DNA from: Christensenellaceae bacterium
GTDB lineage: Bacteria; Bacillota; Clostridia; Christensenellales; UMGS416
Assembly: GCA_963677605.2 (NCBI GenBank)
Contig: CAXXDX010000002.1
Coordinates: 266,057 to 330,056, forward strand
Reading direction: 5' to 3'
Length of the DNA stretch: 64,000 bases
The first letter of the stretch is position 1. Each line of letters starts with the position of its first letter. A model generated the notes under the pieces. The model saw nothing but the letters and a program-made list of their open reading frames with translations, did no database searches and was not told the origin of the DNA. Below are positions 19,029 to 28,137 of this stretch, piece by piece. The position numbers and the translations under genes are program-made.

Positions 19029-20021
19029 TTACGGCATATTATTGTATTTTTCTATATACCATAATACCGTGTCACGAAGATAATTATTAAAATCATTTTC
19101 TGGTTTCCAGCCTAGTTCTCTTTTAATTTTACTGGCACTGATTGAATATTTAAAATCATGCCCTTTTCTGTCCTCAATAAATGTAAGCAAATCATCTTTA
19201 ATTTTTGAGTTCGTCTCGCAGTTTATAATGTTAATAATTTTTTTTGCAATCTCTATATTCTTATACTCATTTTTTGTTGAGATATTGTATATCTCACCTG
19301 CTTTTCCATTAAAAACTACCTTTTCAATAGCACGTACATTATCCTCTGCATAAATCCAATCCCGAACATTTTGACCATCTCCGTAGATTGGTATTGGATT
19401 GCCATATAATGCATTTTTAATTACCTGCGGAATAAACTTCTCCTCATATTGGAATGAACCGAAATTATTTGACGAACGAGTTATAGACACAGGAAAGTTA
19501 TAGGTGTTATTCCATGCCATACACATTAAGTCCGCAGATGCTTTGCTGGCCGAGTATGGATTTCCCGGATTAAGCTTTGAATTTTCATCAAATTCCTCAT
19601 TAAAATCTGCACTCCCGTAAACTTCATCAGTAGAAATCTGAATATACCGTTTGTTTGATAGCTCTGTCCTCCACGATTCTTTTGCTGCCTGCAGCAATGT
19701 AAGTGTGCCTATAATATTGGTTTCTGCAAAAACATCTGCACTTTTTATTGATCTATCCACATGGCTTTCCGCTGCAAAATTTATAATATAATCAATTTTA
19801 TTATTATTTATTACATGGTATACAGCGTCATAATCTCTTATGTCGCCTTTGATAAACTTATATCTCTTATTATTTTCAACATGTTTAAGATTACTGAGAT
19901 TTGCAGCATATGTTAAAACATCAAAATTTATAACATTTACATCCTCATATTCTTTTAGTATGTGTAATACAAAGTGTGAGCCTATAAACCCGGCTCCTCC
20001 TGTTACCATTATATTTTTCAC
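19029..20021 (-). CDS. rfbB: dTDP-glucose 4,6-dehydratase
   Basis: 330-aa ORF with VTGGAGFIGSHF, STDEVYG and the YSASKASAD catalytic YxxxK. Its GTG start overlaps the upstream stop codon (GTGA). Confidence 0.9.
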   Translation of the reverse strand: MKNIMVTGGAGFIGSHFVLHILKEYEDVNVINFDVLTYAANLSNLKHVENNKRYKFIKGDIRDYDAVYHVINNNKIDYIINFAAESHVDRSIKSADVFAETNIIGTLTLLQAAKESWRTELSNKRYIQISTDEVYGSADFNEEFDENSKLNPGNPYSASKASADLMCMAWNNTYNFPVSITRSSNNFGSFQYEEKFIPQVIKNALYGNPIPIYGDGQNVRDWIYAEDNVRAIEKVVFNGKAGEIYNISTKNEYKNIEIAKKIINIINCETNSKIKDDLLTFIEDRKGHDFKYSISASKIKRELGWKPENDFNNYLRDTVLWYIEKYNNMP

Positions 20022-21295
20022 AATATATTCCCCTCTGGCGCAAACTTATATTTGTCCGGATAATCACTATATCTTATTATCATATTGCACCCTTTTTCAT
20101 CGGTGATAATTATCTCGTCATATGCACTGTCAATTCTTCCAGCAAGTTCTTCTTGGTTTCTTGCCACTACAAGAAAATATCCCGCTCGGGCTGTAGCATT
20201 TTCTATCCCACCTACAATATCACCGACTCTTTTAGCTATTGAAAGCTTGCTTACTCTGTTTTTAATAAGCTTTTCTTTATCGTATGATATACCTGTAATT
20301 TTGCCTTCTCTTAAGAAAAACATCTGCGTTGACAAGAAAATTTTATTGCTCTTAAGATTATAATTTAAATAATCATTTAAATCCACATCGTATCCTTTTA
20401 TTTCGCTAAGAAGAATATCCAACACATCAATACCCGTTATAACAGGAATCGTAACATCCTCATATGCACCGCCTATCCGCATAGCAATTTCATTGACCTT
20501 AATTCCATCACTACCAATGAGATACTGAAAATATACAGGGCCGTTTTCAAATCCAAAAGTTTTTATTATCCTTTCAGTAATTTCCTCTATTTCATCATAT
20601 CTTTTTTTCAAATGAACAGACGGAAAGTTGTGAGCGATGCATATACCAATATGGTTACCTTCCGACAAAGTCACTCTGTCCACTACGGAAAGCAAAGTCA
20701 GTTTACCATCTTTAAGCCATCCGTTAACAGTTATCTCATCGCTTTCATAATACTCTTCAATCAACACTTTATCCTCTCGTGAAAACGATAGAGTGTCATC
20801 TATGTATCTTCTTATTTCATCTATTGAGCTTACTTTATATATTCCGCGCTGTCCCTGTGAGTCTACAGGCTTTATTACAGCCGGAAATGTAATACTTTGT
20901 ACCTCATTATCTGAAAAATCTTTTCCAATCAAGGCATAGACAGCGGTAGGTATATCATTATCCTTAAAAATCTTTTTCATAACACGCTTGTTTGTTGCAG
21001 ACAACGCCTGCTCAGGTGTGAGATAGAAAGGAAGTCCAAGCTCATCTGCAACGACCGCTGCAGTATAAATAGGCTGATCTGTGCCCAATGTAACTATAGC
21101 ATGGGGTTTATATTTTTTTGCAGCTTCAAGAACAGCCGGTACATCAAAAGTCGATATCTGGAGATGCGCGTCACACATCTTGCTTCCAATGCAATTGGGT
21201 AAATAATCAACCAAGAAAACTTCATCGCCGCAGCTTTTAAGCCTCTCGATAAGGTTAATCTGGCAATTGCTGCCTCCTAATACCATTACCTTCAT
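20018..21295 (-). CDS. ATP-grasp domain ligase of unknown substrate
   Basis: 425-aa ORF. It has a pre-ATP-grasp Rossmann-like N-terminus (MKVMVLGGSNCQ), a central VIKPVDSQGQRGIY block and IEEYYESDEITVNG, then a later VNEIAMRIGG block. Start and stop overlap with both neighbours. Confidence 0.7.
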   Translation of the reverse strand: MKVMVLGGSNCQINLIERLKSCGDEVFLVDYLPNCIGSKMCDAHLQISTFDVPAVLEAAKKYKPHAIVTLGTDQPIYTAAVVADELGLPFYLTPEQALSATNKRVMKKIFKDNDIPTAVYALIGKDFSDNEVQSITFPAVIKPVDSQGQRGIYKVSSIDEIRRYIDDTLSFSREDKVLIEEYYESDEITVNGWLKDGKLTLLSVVDRVTLSEGNHIGICIAHNFPSVHLKKRYDEIEEITERIIKTFGFENGPVYFQYLIGSDGIKVNEIAMRIGGAYEDVTIPVITGIDVLDILLSEIKGYDVDLNDYLNYNLKSNKIFLSTQMFFLREGKITGISYDKEKLIKNRVSKLSIAKRVGDIVGGIENATARAGYFLVVARNQEELAGRIDSAYDEIIITDEKGCNMIIRYSDYPDKYKFAPEGNIL

Positions 21296-22029
21296 ATCTG
21301 CCCCCTGATTACTTTTTCCAAATTATAAGAGCCTTTGCTATTGCCATGCGTGTTTTTAAAAATACGCTTTCTGTAGTTTGTATATATTTTAAAATAAAGC
21401 TTTATAAGCTTCCAAAAAGAATAATTCGTTTCAGCTTTCTTATAACCTTTAATATCGATGTTTGCAATGTTTTTTGTATACTTCAATATCTCCATAGAAA
21501 CATACACAAACTCAGTATTTGCTCTTATTACTTTATGCCTTATGTCTCTGTTCATTATTCTATAACTTGACACTTTTATATCCTTCGGCAGCTTCGTAAG
21601 TACTCTGAACAGTAAATCTCTCATTACAGAACCAAATCCCCTGGGCCCTAAATAAGGCATTATTCCGTATACCACGTCGTAGCCTTCCAGTGCTTTATTA
21701 TAGAGCCTTTTTATATCGCTTGGATCCTGCTCCAAGTCGTCATCGATTATAACAGTATACTCATACCTGGCAAAACTCAACCCACAAAGCGTAGCACTTT
21801 GCTGTCCGTAGTTTCGATCCAGCTTTATTGCTATAACGCTTTTATTGATAATGGCCAAGCCCGATATCTTCTCCCAACTGTTATCCAAGCTGCCATCATC
21901 AACGAGTATTATCTCATAGTCATCAAACTGACCAAGCACGTATAAAAGCTCTTCCACCAGCTTTGAAACTGTTTTTTCTGAGTTGTAAACAGGTACTACG
22001 ACCGAGATGCTGGAATCAATTTTTTTCAT
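21292..22029 (-). CDS. family-2 glycosyltransferase of the polyprenyl-phosphate sugar transferase type (ArnC/GtrB/DPM1-like)
   Basis: 245-aa ORF with SVVVPVYNSEKTV, ILVDDGSLDNS, DRNYGQQSA and IIDDDLEQDP (DxD). Confidence 0.75.
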   Translation of the reverse strand: MKKIDSSISVVVPVYNSEKTVSKLVEELLYVLGQFDDYEIILVDDGSLDNSWEKISGLAIINKSVIAIKLDRNYGQQSATLCGLSFARYEYTVIIDDDLEQDPSDIKRLYNKALEGYDVVYGIMPYLGPRGFGSVMRDLLFRVLTKLPKDIKVSSYRIMNRDIRHKVIRANTEFVYVSMEILKYTKNIANIDIKGYKKAETNYSFWKLIKLYFKIYTNYRKRIFKNTHGNSKGSYNLEKVIRGQI

Positions 22030-23119
22030 AACACTCGCCTATTCGTTTTGCAATCTCTTCACAATCTTCGGGTTTCATCTTTGCATGCATCGGAAGGCGA
22101 AGCATACATTGGCATACATGCTCTGTGGCGTGTAACGCTGTTTTTCCCATATTTTGCCATTTCCCCGCCGTATGCAGCGGCACATAGTGGATAACTGCCT
22201 CAATTCCTGCCTCTTTAAGAAGATTTGCAACCTTTTGTTTCTGCGCTTCATCCTCCATCACTATATAAAACACATGCGCGTTGTTCTTGTTATTATCAGG
22301 AACCAGCGGAAGGTGTATGCCATGCTTTTTAAACGGCTCAAGAGCCTTCATGTAGCAGTCATATATAAGCCTCTGCTTGGCCGTTATCTCTTCCGCCCTG
22401 TCAAGCTGCGCGCATAAAACAGCGGCAGCAATATTGCTCATCTTGGCATTCATACCAACATCCTGCCATGAATAAAAAGAAACTTCTCCGTTCAAAAAAG
22501 CCCTTCTGTCCGTTCCGTTTTCATATATAATATCAAGTTTTTTTATAATGCTTTCATCGTTTAAAATTACAGCGCCGCCTTCATCGGAAGATACGTTTTT
22601 TGTCTTATGAAAAGATATTATCCCAGCATCGCCGATTGCACCCAACGGCTTGTCATTATATTTTGCGCCAAACGAAAGAGCTGCATCCTCTATTATCTTA
22701 ATATCCGAAAAAGCTCCTCTTAAACGCTCCATGTCACATGAAGCACCTCCGTAATGGGTTGGTATCACGCACACGGTTTTTGCGGTTTTGCGTTTCAGTG
22801 CGTCATCTATGTCCATCACTAAAGTTTCAGGATCAATGTCGCAGAAAACTGGATCCAAACCGAGCCGAAGTATGCTGTTTGCTGCCGAAGGATACGTAAA
22901 TGACGGCAAAATCACTTCCCCGCCTTTCGGAAACTCATAAGCAAAAAGCAATAAATCAAGTGCGGTTGAACCGTTTGCGGTTAAGTAAACTTTGCATCCG
23001 TAATAGTCCGAAAGTCTTTTTTCAGCTTCACTCAAAAAATCCGTGCCCGAAAGCAGCGCTTCTGTTACATTAAGCGCTTCATTTTCATCATAGTACGTTT
23101 CTTTGAATTTTATGCTCAT
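22016..23119 (-). CDS. DegT/DnrJ/EryC1/StrS family PLP-dependent sugar aminotransferase
   Basis: 367-aa ORF with a candidate PLP-lysine block (ISFHKTKNVSSDEGGAV), plus PTHYGG and IEDAALSFGA. Confidence 0.88.
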   Translation of the reverse strand: MSIKFKETYYDENEALNVTEALLSGTDFLSEAEKRLSDYYGCKVYLTANGSTALDLLLFAYEFPKGGEVILPSFTYPSAANSILRLGLDPVFCDIDPETLVMDIDDALKRKTAKTVCVIPTHYGGASCDMERLRGAFSDIKIIEDAALSFGAKYNDKPLGAIGDAGIISFHKTKNVSSDEGGAVILNDESIIKKLDIIYENGTDRRAFLNGEVSFYSWQDVGMNAKMSNIAAAVLCAQLDRAEEITAKQRLIYDCYMKALEPFKKHGIHLPLVPDNNKNNAHVFYIVMEDEAQKQKVANLLKEAGIEAVIHYVPLHTAGKWQNMGKTALHATEHVCQCMLRLPMHAKMKPEDCEEIAKRIGECYEKN

Positions 23120-24639
23120 CTTACTACCTTATAAACCTTTACAGACCAGTTTTTATTATCAGCAAATTTTACAATACGCATCGCATACGGCGAGTAAAAC
23201 TCGGTTTGAAGCTCACACTTTAAATCAAGAAATTCTTTCATGTCTTCATAGTATGGATATATGTTGCCGTAAACGATATTCCACACAGGGCGTGTTTCAT
23301 AAATATAGTCCATCTCCTCAGGATATATTATATACTCAATCCCGTTTTTATTCACATAGTCTGCAAAAGACATATTGTTGTCATCCAAATATCCTAAGTT
23401 TCTGTAATCATAAAGCGCGTCATAGGATAAAGCATATTCCGCATTAAGGTTTGCAAGCACTTTCGCATCTTCCGGAACTGCATTTTCAATATCGTTAAGA
23501 TATTCTTTATAATCATTATTTATATATGGCATCACCTGCATGGCAGATGATATTACAGTCAATACAGCAACTACCGCAATAACAAAAATTTTAAATCTCT
23601 TTATCTGATTTATCAAAAATATAGTAAGAATAAAGCTTGTTACAAACATCAGAAAGTAAGAAGGCTGTGAATATCTCCCTATAATTATATAGCCGATGTT
23701 TACAGCTATTACAGGAAAAATATACGCAAGCACTTTCTTGTTCCAAAATGCATATATAGCTCCTCCTATAATTGCTATAGCAAATACCGCAAGCTGTGCT
23801 TTTATCCATGGCGTATAGTATGTTCCGGAAATCCACAGCCACAGCTTTTGATAATATGGAACTATAGCTTTGATTTTCTGACTAAAAGTCATGGTAACGC
23901 CCAGATGATCTCCGTATTTGAGGTAATGCGTAATAAACTGCGAGTCGAAAATATAGCTTATGCCTATAAACAGCCCAGCAAACAGCGCAACAATCCCCAC
24001 CAAAACAGCTAAGTTTTTAATCTTAGCCTTTTTGTCAATTGCAATATAATAAATATACACGCTGCCTACTGCAAGAGCCGCGATAAACGAATTAGGATGT
24101 ATGCCTATCATAATCCCTATTATTAAGCCGGTAACAATATCATTTTTTATTGACCACGAACCAATATTTTTATACAAATAATATAGAGCAAATAACATCC
24201 CGAATGCTATAATTATCTCCTGCCTTGCAAAATGCGAAGCGTACAGAAACTGAACATTAAATGCCAGAGCCGCAGCTGATACTGCTAAAAAAATCTTATT
24301 CCCTGATATGACATATACCAGCTTATAAAAGACATATAATAATGCGCATCCGAAAATCAGCGACAAAAGCCTTACCGCAAACAGATTATAACCAAACACC
24401 ATTATAAAAGGCATCTGCAAAATATGAAAAATTGTTTTTATCGCGTGCGGATATCTGGGAAGCAAATCGAAAAACGTTTCAGTGGAGCTTACGCCCTCAT
24501 TCATCATGGTTCTCGTAAGTCCCGAAAGCCACGACTCATCCGAGTGCATGAATGGGAATTTATCAAGAAAAAAAAGATTTATAAGAAAATACAATCCCAA
24601 TAAAGATATCAATATTATGTTTTTGTTTTCTTTCTTCAT
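23116..24639 (-). CDS. GT-C fold membrane glycosyltransferase (ArnT/PMT-like)
   Basis: 507-aa ORF with about 11-12 hydrophobic helices. An acidic motif lies in the first predicted outside loop (FPFMHSDESWLSG). The C-terminal ~110 aa are soluble. Confidence 0.6.
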   Translation of the reverse strand: MKKENKNIILISLLGLYFLINLFFLDKFPFMHSDESWLSGLTRTMMNEGVSSTETFFDLLPRYPHAIKTIFHILQMPFIMVFGYNLFAVRLLSLIFGCALLYVFYKLVYVISGNKIFLAVSAAALAFNVQFLYASHFARQEIIIAFGMLFALYYLYKNIGSWSIKNDIVTGLIIGIMIGIHPNSFIAALAVGSVYIYYIAIDKKAKIKNLAVLVGIVALFAGLFIGISYIFDSQFITHYLKYGDHLGVTMTFSQKIKAIVPYYQKLWLWISGTYYTPWIKAQLAVFAIAIIGGAIYAFWNKKVLAYIFPVIAVNIGYIIIGRYSQPSYFLMFVTSFILTIFLINQIKRFKIFVIAVVAVLTVISSAMQVMPYINNDYKEYLNDIENAVPEDAKVLANLNAEYALSYDALYDYRNLGYLDDNNMSFADYVNKNGIEYIIYPEEMDYIYETRPVWNIVYGNIYPYYEDMKEFLDLKCELQTEFYSPYAMRIVKFADNKNWSVKVYKVVR

Positions 24640-24659
24640 AATCCTCTATGCAATCTGTT

Positions 24660-25292
24660 TCATATCTTTTTCACTACAAAATACTGTGAATTATAATTAT
24701 CTTCACATAGCTCAATTGTTCCGGATTTTTCAATTATTAAACCGGCATCTTTTATAAACTCCGAAAACTTCTCCACTGTTCTGAAAGAGAAAAACCTCTC
24801 TCCCCTGCCACCATAGTCTTTAAAGCCTTCATTGCTTTTTTGTTTGTCGCCATACTGACACAAAATAATCATCCCGTTCAGCTTTAATACTCTTTTAAGC
24901 TCATATATAACAGAAGGCATCTCAGCGTTTGGTATATGCAAAAGACAGTTCATCGCATAGATTACATCAAATGAATTATCCGCAAATGTCATGTCGGAAA
25001 AATCCATAACATGTGCATCAATCCCCTTATCCCAACACCTTTTAACATGCTCTTGCGATAAATCCACAGCGGTGACATCAAGACCGTTTTCCATAAAAAA
25101 CAAACTGTCCTGCCCGGTTCCCGCGCCTATTTCAAGAATGCTTTTTAAACCTCTATCTTTAATTATCGAAAGAAAGTCATTCCGCAAGTCAATTTTCCAA
25201 TCGCTTTTTATCTTAGCATCTCTTTCAACCACATTCTTATTATAATAATCTTTCAGCTGAGCTTTATTATTGTCCATTATTGAACCTTTCAT
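24660..25292 (-). CDS. class I SAM-dependent methyltransferase
   Basis: 210-aa ORF with motif I ILEIGAGTGQDSLFF and the acidic post-I residue in VTAVDLS. Confidence 0.85.
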   Translation of the reverse strand: MKGSIMDNNKAQLKDYYNKNVVERDAKIKSDWKIDLRNDFLSIIKDRGLKSILEIGAGTGQDSLFFMENGLDVTAVDLSQEHVKRCWDKGIDAHVMDFSDMTFADNSFDVIYAMNCLLHIPNAEMPSVIYELKRVLKLNGMIILCQYGDKQKSNEGFKDYGGRGERFFSFRTVEKFSEFIKDAGLIIEKSGTIELCEDNYNSQYFVVKKI

Positions 25293-25467
25293 GAAGATGA
25301 GTATTAATAATATACCATATTTTTCATTAAAAAGTTTAGTTCATATTAATCATATAATACTATTAATAAAAACCTGTTTAGAATGTTTTTAAAGCACTTA
25401 GATAACAAACCCCTGCGGACATGTGCCTGTATTGATCTTTTATTTTTATCTAACAATTTAGTTAACC

Positions 25468-25497
25468 AATAAAAATCCGCGGACATGTGCCGCGGAT
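25468..25497 (-). terminator. Rho-independent terminator ending the sulfur-relay operon
   Basis: The minus strand reads ATCCGCGG-CACATGT-CCGCGGAT followed by TTTTTATTGG. Confidence 0.65.
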
Positions 25498-25637
25498 TTC
25501 AATGATTAATTCTTTTGTCCGCTCGCAAAGCGCAAAACATAAAAATGCATAAGTGAATTTATTCACGAATTTTTTGTGTTTTGTAAGACTCTCGCCCGAA
25601 TAATTTTTCGGGCGAAAGCAAAGCTTTGCTTTGCGTA

Positions 25638-27224
25638 TTAGTCTGTTACTACAGGATAGCCTTCTGCAATCCAGCCCACAGCCATTCCAAAGTGGAGTGA
25701 TACTGCGTCATGGCCCATCATGCGAAGAACTGCTGTTGTCTGGCCTGCTGTCTGGCCTGAATAGCATGCAACGATAAGCTTGCCTGACGGAAGCTCGCTG
25801 AAGTCCATGTCAGCACCGAAAGGTATGTTAATTGCGCCTGCGATGTGGCCTGCAGCAAAGTCTTCTGCTTTTCTTATGTCAACTACTGTAGCTTCGCCTG
25901 CGTCAACTGCTGCCTGAGCGCCGTCCCAACCGATTTTGAAGTTTGCGTTTTCTTCCATGCCAACTGCCACGAAGTAATCTTCAACTGCTTTAAGAAGCAC
26001 TGCGTCAAAGCTTACGCCTGCGTCTGAAATCTCAACTGCTTCAGTGTCAACATAAGCTTCATAGCCTTCAACAGCCATTGCGCCTTTGTTGTAACCTGAT
26101 TTTACAGAGTAAGCATCGATGCCAAGCATGCGCATAAGAGCTGTTGCCTGTCCTGCTGTCTGTCCTGAATAGCAGTATACATAAACAGGTTCGTCTGTCG
26201 GAAGCATTGAAACCTTTTCTGCAAGGTCTGAGCCCCATGAAGCGAGAACTGCGCCTTTGATGTGGCCTTCGTCATATACGTCCTGCTGGCGGATAGAAAC
26301 TATGTTAAGCTCTTCGCCTGTGTCCATTTTCTCAAAGAGTGCTTCCCATGAAATCATAGGATTTGCGAACTCGCCTGCAAAGTATGCGTTAGCTGCAGCT
26401 GTTTTCACATATGTTGTCCAGCCGCCCATGCCGCTTTTAAGTGATACAGCGTCATAGCCGAGTGCGCGAAGAACTGCAACAGTCTGTCCTGCTGTCTGTC
26501 CTGAATAGCAAGCAACGATGATCTTTTTGCCTTCGAAGTCTGCAAATTTTTCCTGCATGCCTTCGCCGAAAGGTACGTTTACAGCGCCGTCGATGTGTGC
26601 TGCGTTGTAATCATCAGCCTTGCGGATGTCCATCACTGTAAGGTCGCCTGCTGCGATAAGCGGTGCAGCTGCGTCCGAAGCCATGATGTTGTTTGCGTTG
26701 TCAGCTACTGTGTTGAAGTACTCTTCAACAAACTCAAGTGCTTCTTTGTTAAATTTAGCTTTTGCGTCAGGAAGCTCGTTAGCTGCTGTTTCCACATAAG
26801 CTTCAAAGCCTTCAGTCTTTGATGCGCCGAGGTTATATCCTGATTTAACAGAATATGCTTCGATGCCGAGTATATTAAGGAGGGCAACAGTCTGTCCTGC
26901 TGTCTGTCCTGAATAGCAGTATACATAAACAGGTTCGTCTGTCGGAAGCATTGAAACCTTTTCTGCGAGGTCTGTGCCCCATGCTGCAAGGTATGCGCCT
27001 TTGATGTGGCCTGCTTCATAAACGTCGCTCTGACGGATGCTCAGAATGAACGGCTCGTCGCCGGCGTCGATTTTAGCAAAGAGGTCGTCCCAAGTGATGA
27101 TGCGGCTGCCTGGGTACTCCGCAAAATAGTCAGTGGCCGCGCTTTCAAGCGCATTTCCTCCGGAACATGCTGTCACAGCAAACACCATGATAGCAGCCAT
27201 AAGGATTACTAATAGTTTTTTCAT
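25638..27224 (-). CDS. lipoprotein with four tandem rhodanese domains
   Basis: Signal peptide with lipobox MKKLLVILMAAIMVFAVTAC. The active-site loop CYSGQTAGQ occurs four times. Halves 1-2 and 3-4 are clearly duplicated (PTDEPVYVYCYSGQTAGQ...SVKSGYN appears twice). Confidence 0.88.
   Translation of the reverse strand: MKKLLVILMAAIMVFAVTACSGGNALESAATDYFAEYPGSRIITWDDLFAKIDAGDEPFILSIRQSDVYEAGHIKGAYLAAWGTDLAEKVSMLPTDEPVYVYCYSGQTAGQTVALLNILGIEAYSVKSGYNLGASKTEGFEAYVETAANELPDAKAKFNKEALEFVEEYFNTVADNANNIMASDAAAPLIAAGDLTVMDIRKADDYNAAHIDGAVNVPFGEGMQEKFADFEGKKIIVACYSGQTAGQTVAVLRALGYDAVSLKSGMGGWTTYVKTAAANAYFAGEFANPMISWEALFEKMDTGEELNIVSIRQQDVYDEGHIKGAVLASWGSDLAEKVSMLPTDEPVYVYCYSGQTAGQATALMRMLGIDAYSVKSGYNKGAMAVEGYEAYVDTEAVEISDAGVSFDAVLLKAVEDYFVAVGMEENANFKIGWDGAQAAVDAGEATVVDIRKAEDFAAGHIAGAINIPFGADMDFSELPSGKLIVACYSGQTAGQTTAVLRMMGHDAVSLHFGMAVGWIAEGYPVVTD
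26148..26222. repeat. intragenic direct repeat, copy 1 (75 nt identical to 26892-26966)
   Basis: I read the exact string ctgtcctgctgtctgtcctgaatagcagtatacataaacaggttcgtctgtcggaagcattgaaaccttttctgc at both positions. The offset is 744 nt, or 248 codons. Confidence 0.95.
26892..26966. repeat. intragenic direct repeat, copy 2
   Basis: Identical 75-nt string. The flanks are similar but diverged. A second conserved pair lies at about 25738 and 26482 with the same 744-nt offset. Confidence 0.95.
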
Positions 27225-27239
27225 CTTTTGTCCTTTCTG

Positions 27240-28133
27240 TTACGAAGCGTCTTGCCTCGTGGGTGTGATATCTTCTGCCGGCGGCTGCGGGTTTTCAACA
27301 TCCTCATATTCCAACCAAGCCCCGTCATATATCCTTACATCTTTGTATCCTGCATCCTTGAGCGCCGCATAGCTCTGGGCAGCCCTCACCGATGTTTTGC
27401 AGAATAATATTATTTTAGTTTCAGGCGTAATGCCTTCCGCTATATATGTGCTCTGTATGTCGCGCGGAGTTTTATACTCTCCGTTTGCATACATGTTCCA
27501 CTTATATTCCTTGTGACACGAGCCGGGGATTGTTCCCGCGTAGTACTCTTCGTCGCTGCGTGTGTCTATAATCACCGTGTTTTCATCCGGCATGTTGATT
27601 ATCGACTTCACATAGTCCAGCGTCACAATAAGTGATTTCTGATAGTCGCCCGCAACATACTCAGCCTCGGATGTTTCCACCTTGGCAGAGTTCATTGCGA
27701 CATCCGCTTCCTTGAGAGCTTCAAATCCGCCGCTTATGACGCGAACATTGAAGTTTGAATACATGTTAAGCGTCCACTGCACACGTGCGGCCTGCATATT
27801 ACTTGCATTGTCATAAACCAGGATCTCGTCGCTTGCGGTGATTCCTGCAGCGCTCATGACCGCCTCTACCTGCGCGGTGTCCGGAAGCATGTTTGCATAC
27901 GGCTCACCGACTGTAAGCGCACCCATAGGAATGTTTACAGCTCCTACAACATGGTTTAAGCCATAGTCTTCAGCGCTTCTTACATCCACGACAGTTATGC
28001 CGTCTTCGATAAGCGCTGCCGCTTCTTTTGGTGTCACAATGTATTCGCCGGTTTCAGCAAAATCAAAGTTTGCACATGCCGAAAACGAAAGAATCATCAA
28101 TGCAGTCAGAATTATTAGCATTCTCTTTTTCAC
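27240..28133 (-). CDS. lipoprotein with two rhodanese domains (inactive N-terminal plus catalytic C-terminal), thiosulfate/3-mercaptopyruvate sulfurtransferase architecture
   Basis: Lipobox LMILSFSAC. The first domain has Asp at the active-site position (VYDNASNMQAAR). The second has FCKTSVRAAQ. I place the start at the GTG at 28131-28133, preceded by AAGGAG with 7-nt spacing. The longer track ORF overlaps the upstream gene. Confidence 0.82.
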   Translation of the reverse strand: MKKRMLIILTALMILSFSACANFDFAETGEYIVTPKEAAALIEDGITVVDVRSAEDYGLNHVVGAVNIPMGALTVGEPYANMLPDTAQVEAVMSAAGITASDEILVYDNASNMQAARVQWTLNMYSNFNVRVISGGFEALKEADVAMNSAKVETSEAEYVAGDYQKSLIVTLDYVKSIINMPDENTVIIDTRSDEEYYAGTIPGSCHKEYKWNMYANGEYKTPRDIQSTYIAEGITPETKIILFCKTSVRAAQSYAALKDAGYKDVRIYDGAWLEYEDVENPQPPAEDITPTRQDAS

Positions 28134-28137
28134 GGTA

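Noticed and set aside
25591-25617. Hairpin TCGCCCGAA-N-TTCGGGCGA just downstream of the four-rhodanese gene, considered as its terminator
   Set aside because: No T-run follows it on the minus (sense) strand. The hairpin at 25475-25497 with its T-run is the better terminator. This one may be a 3'-UTR stabiliser or may have no function.
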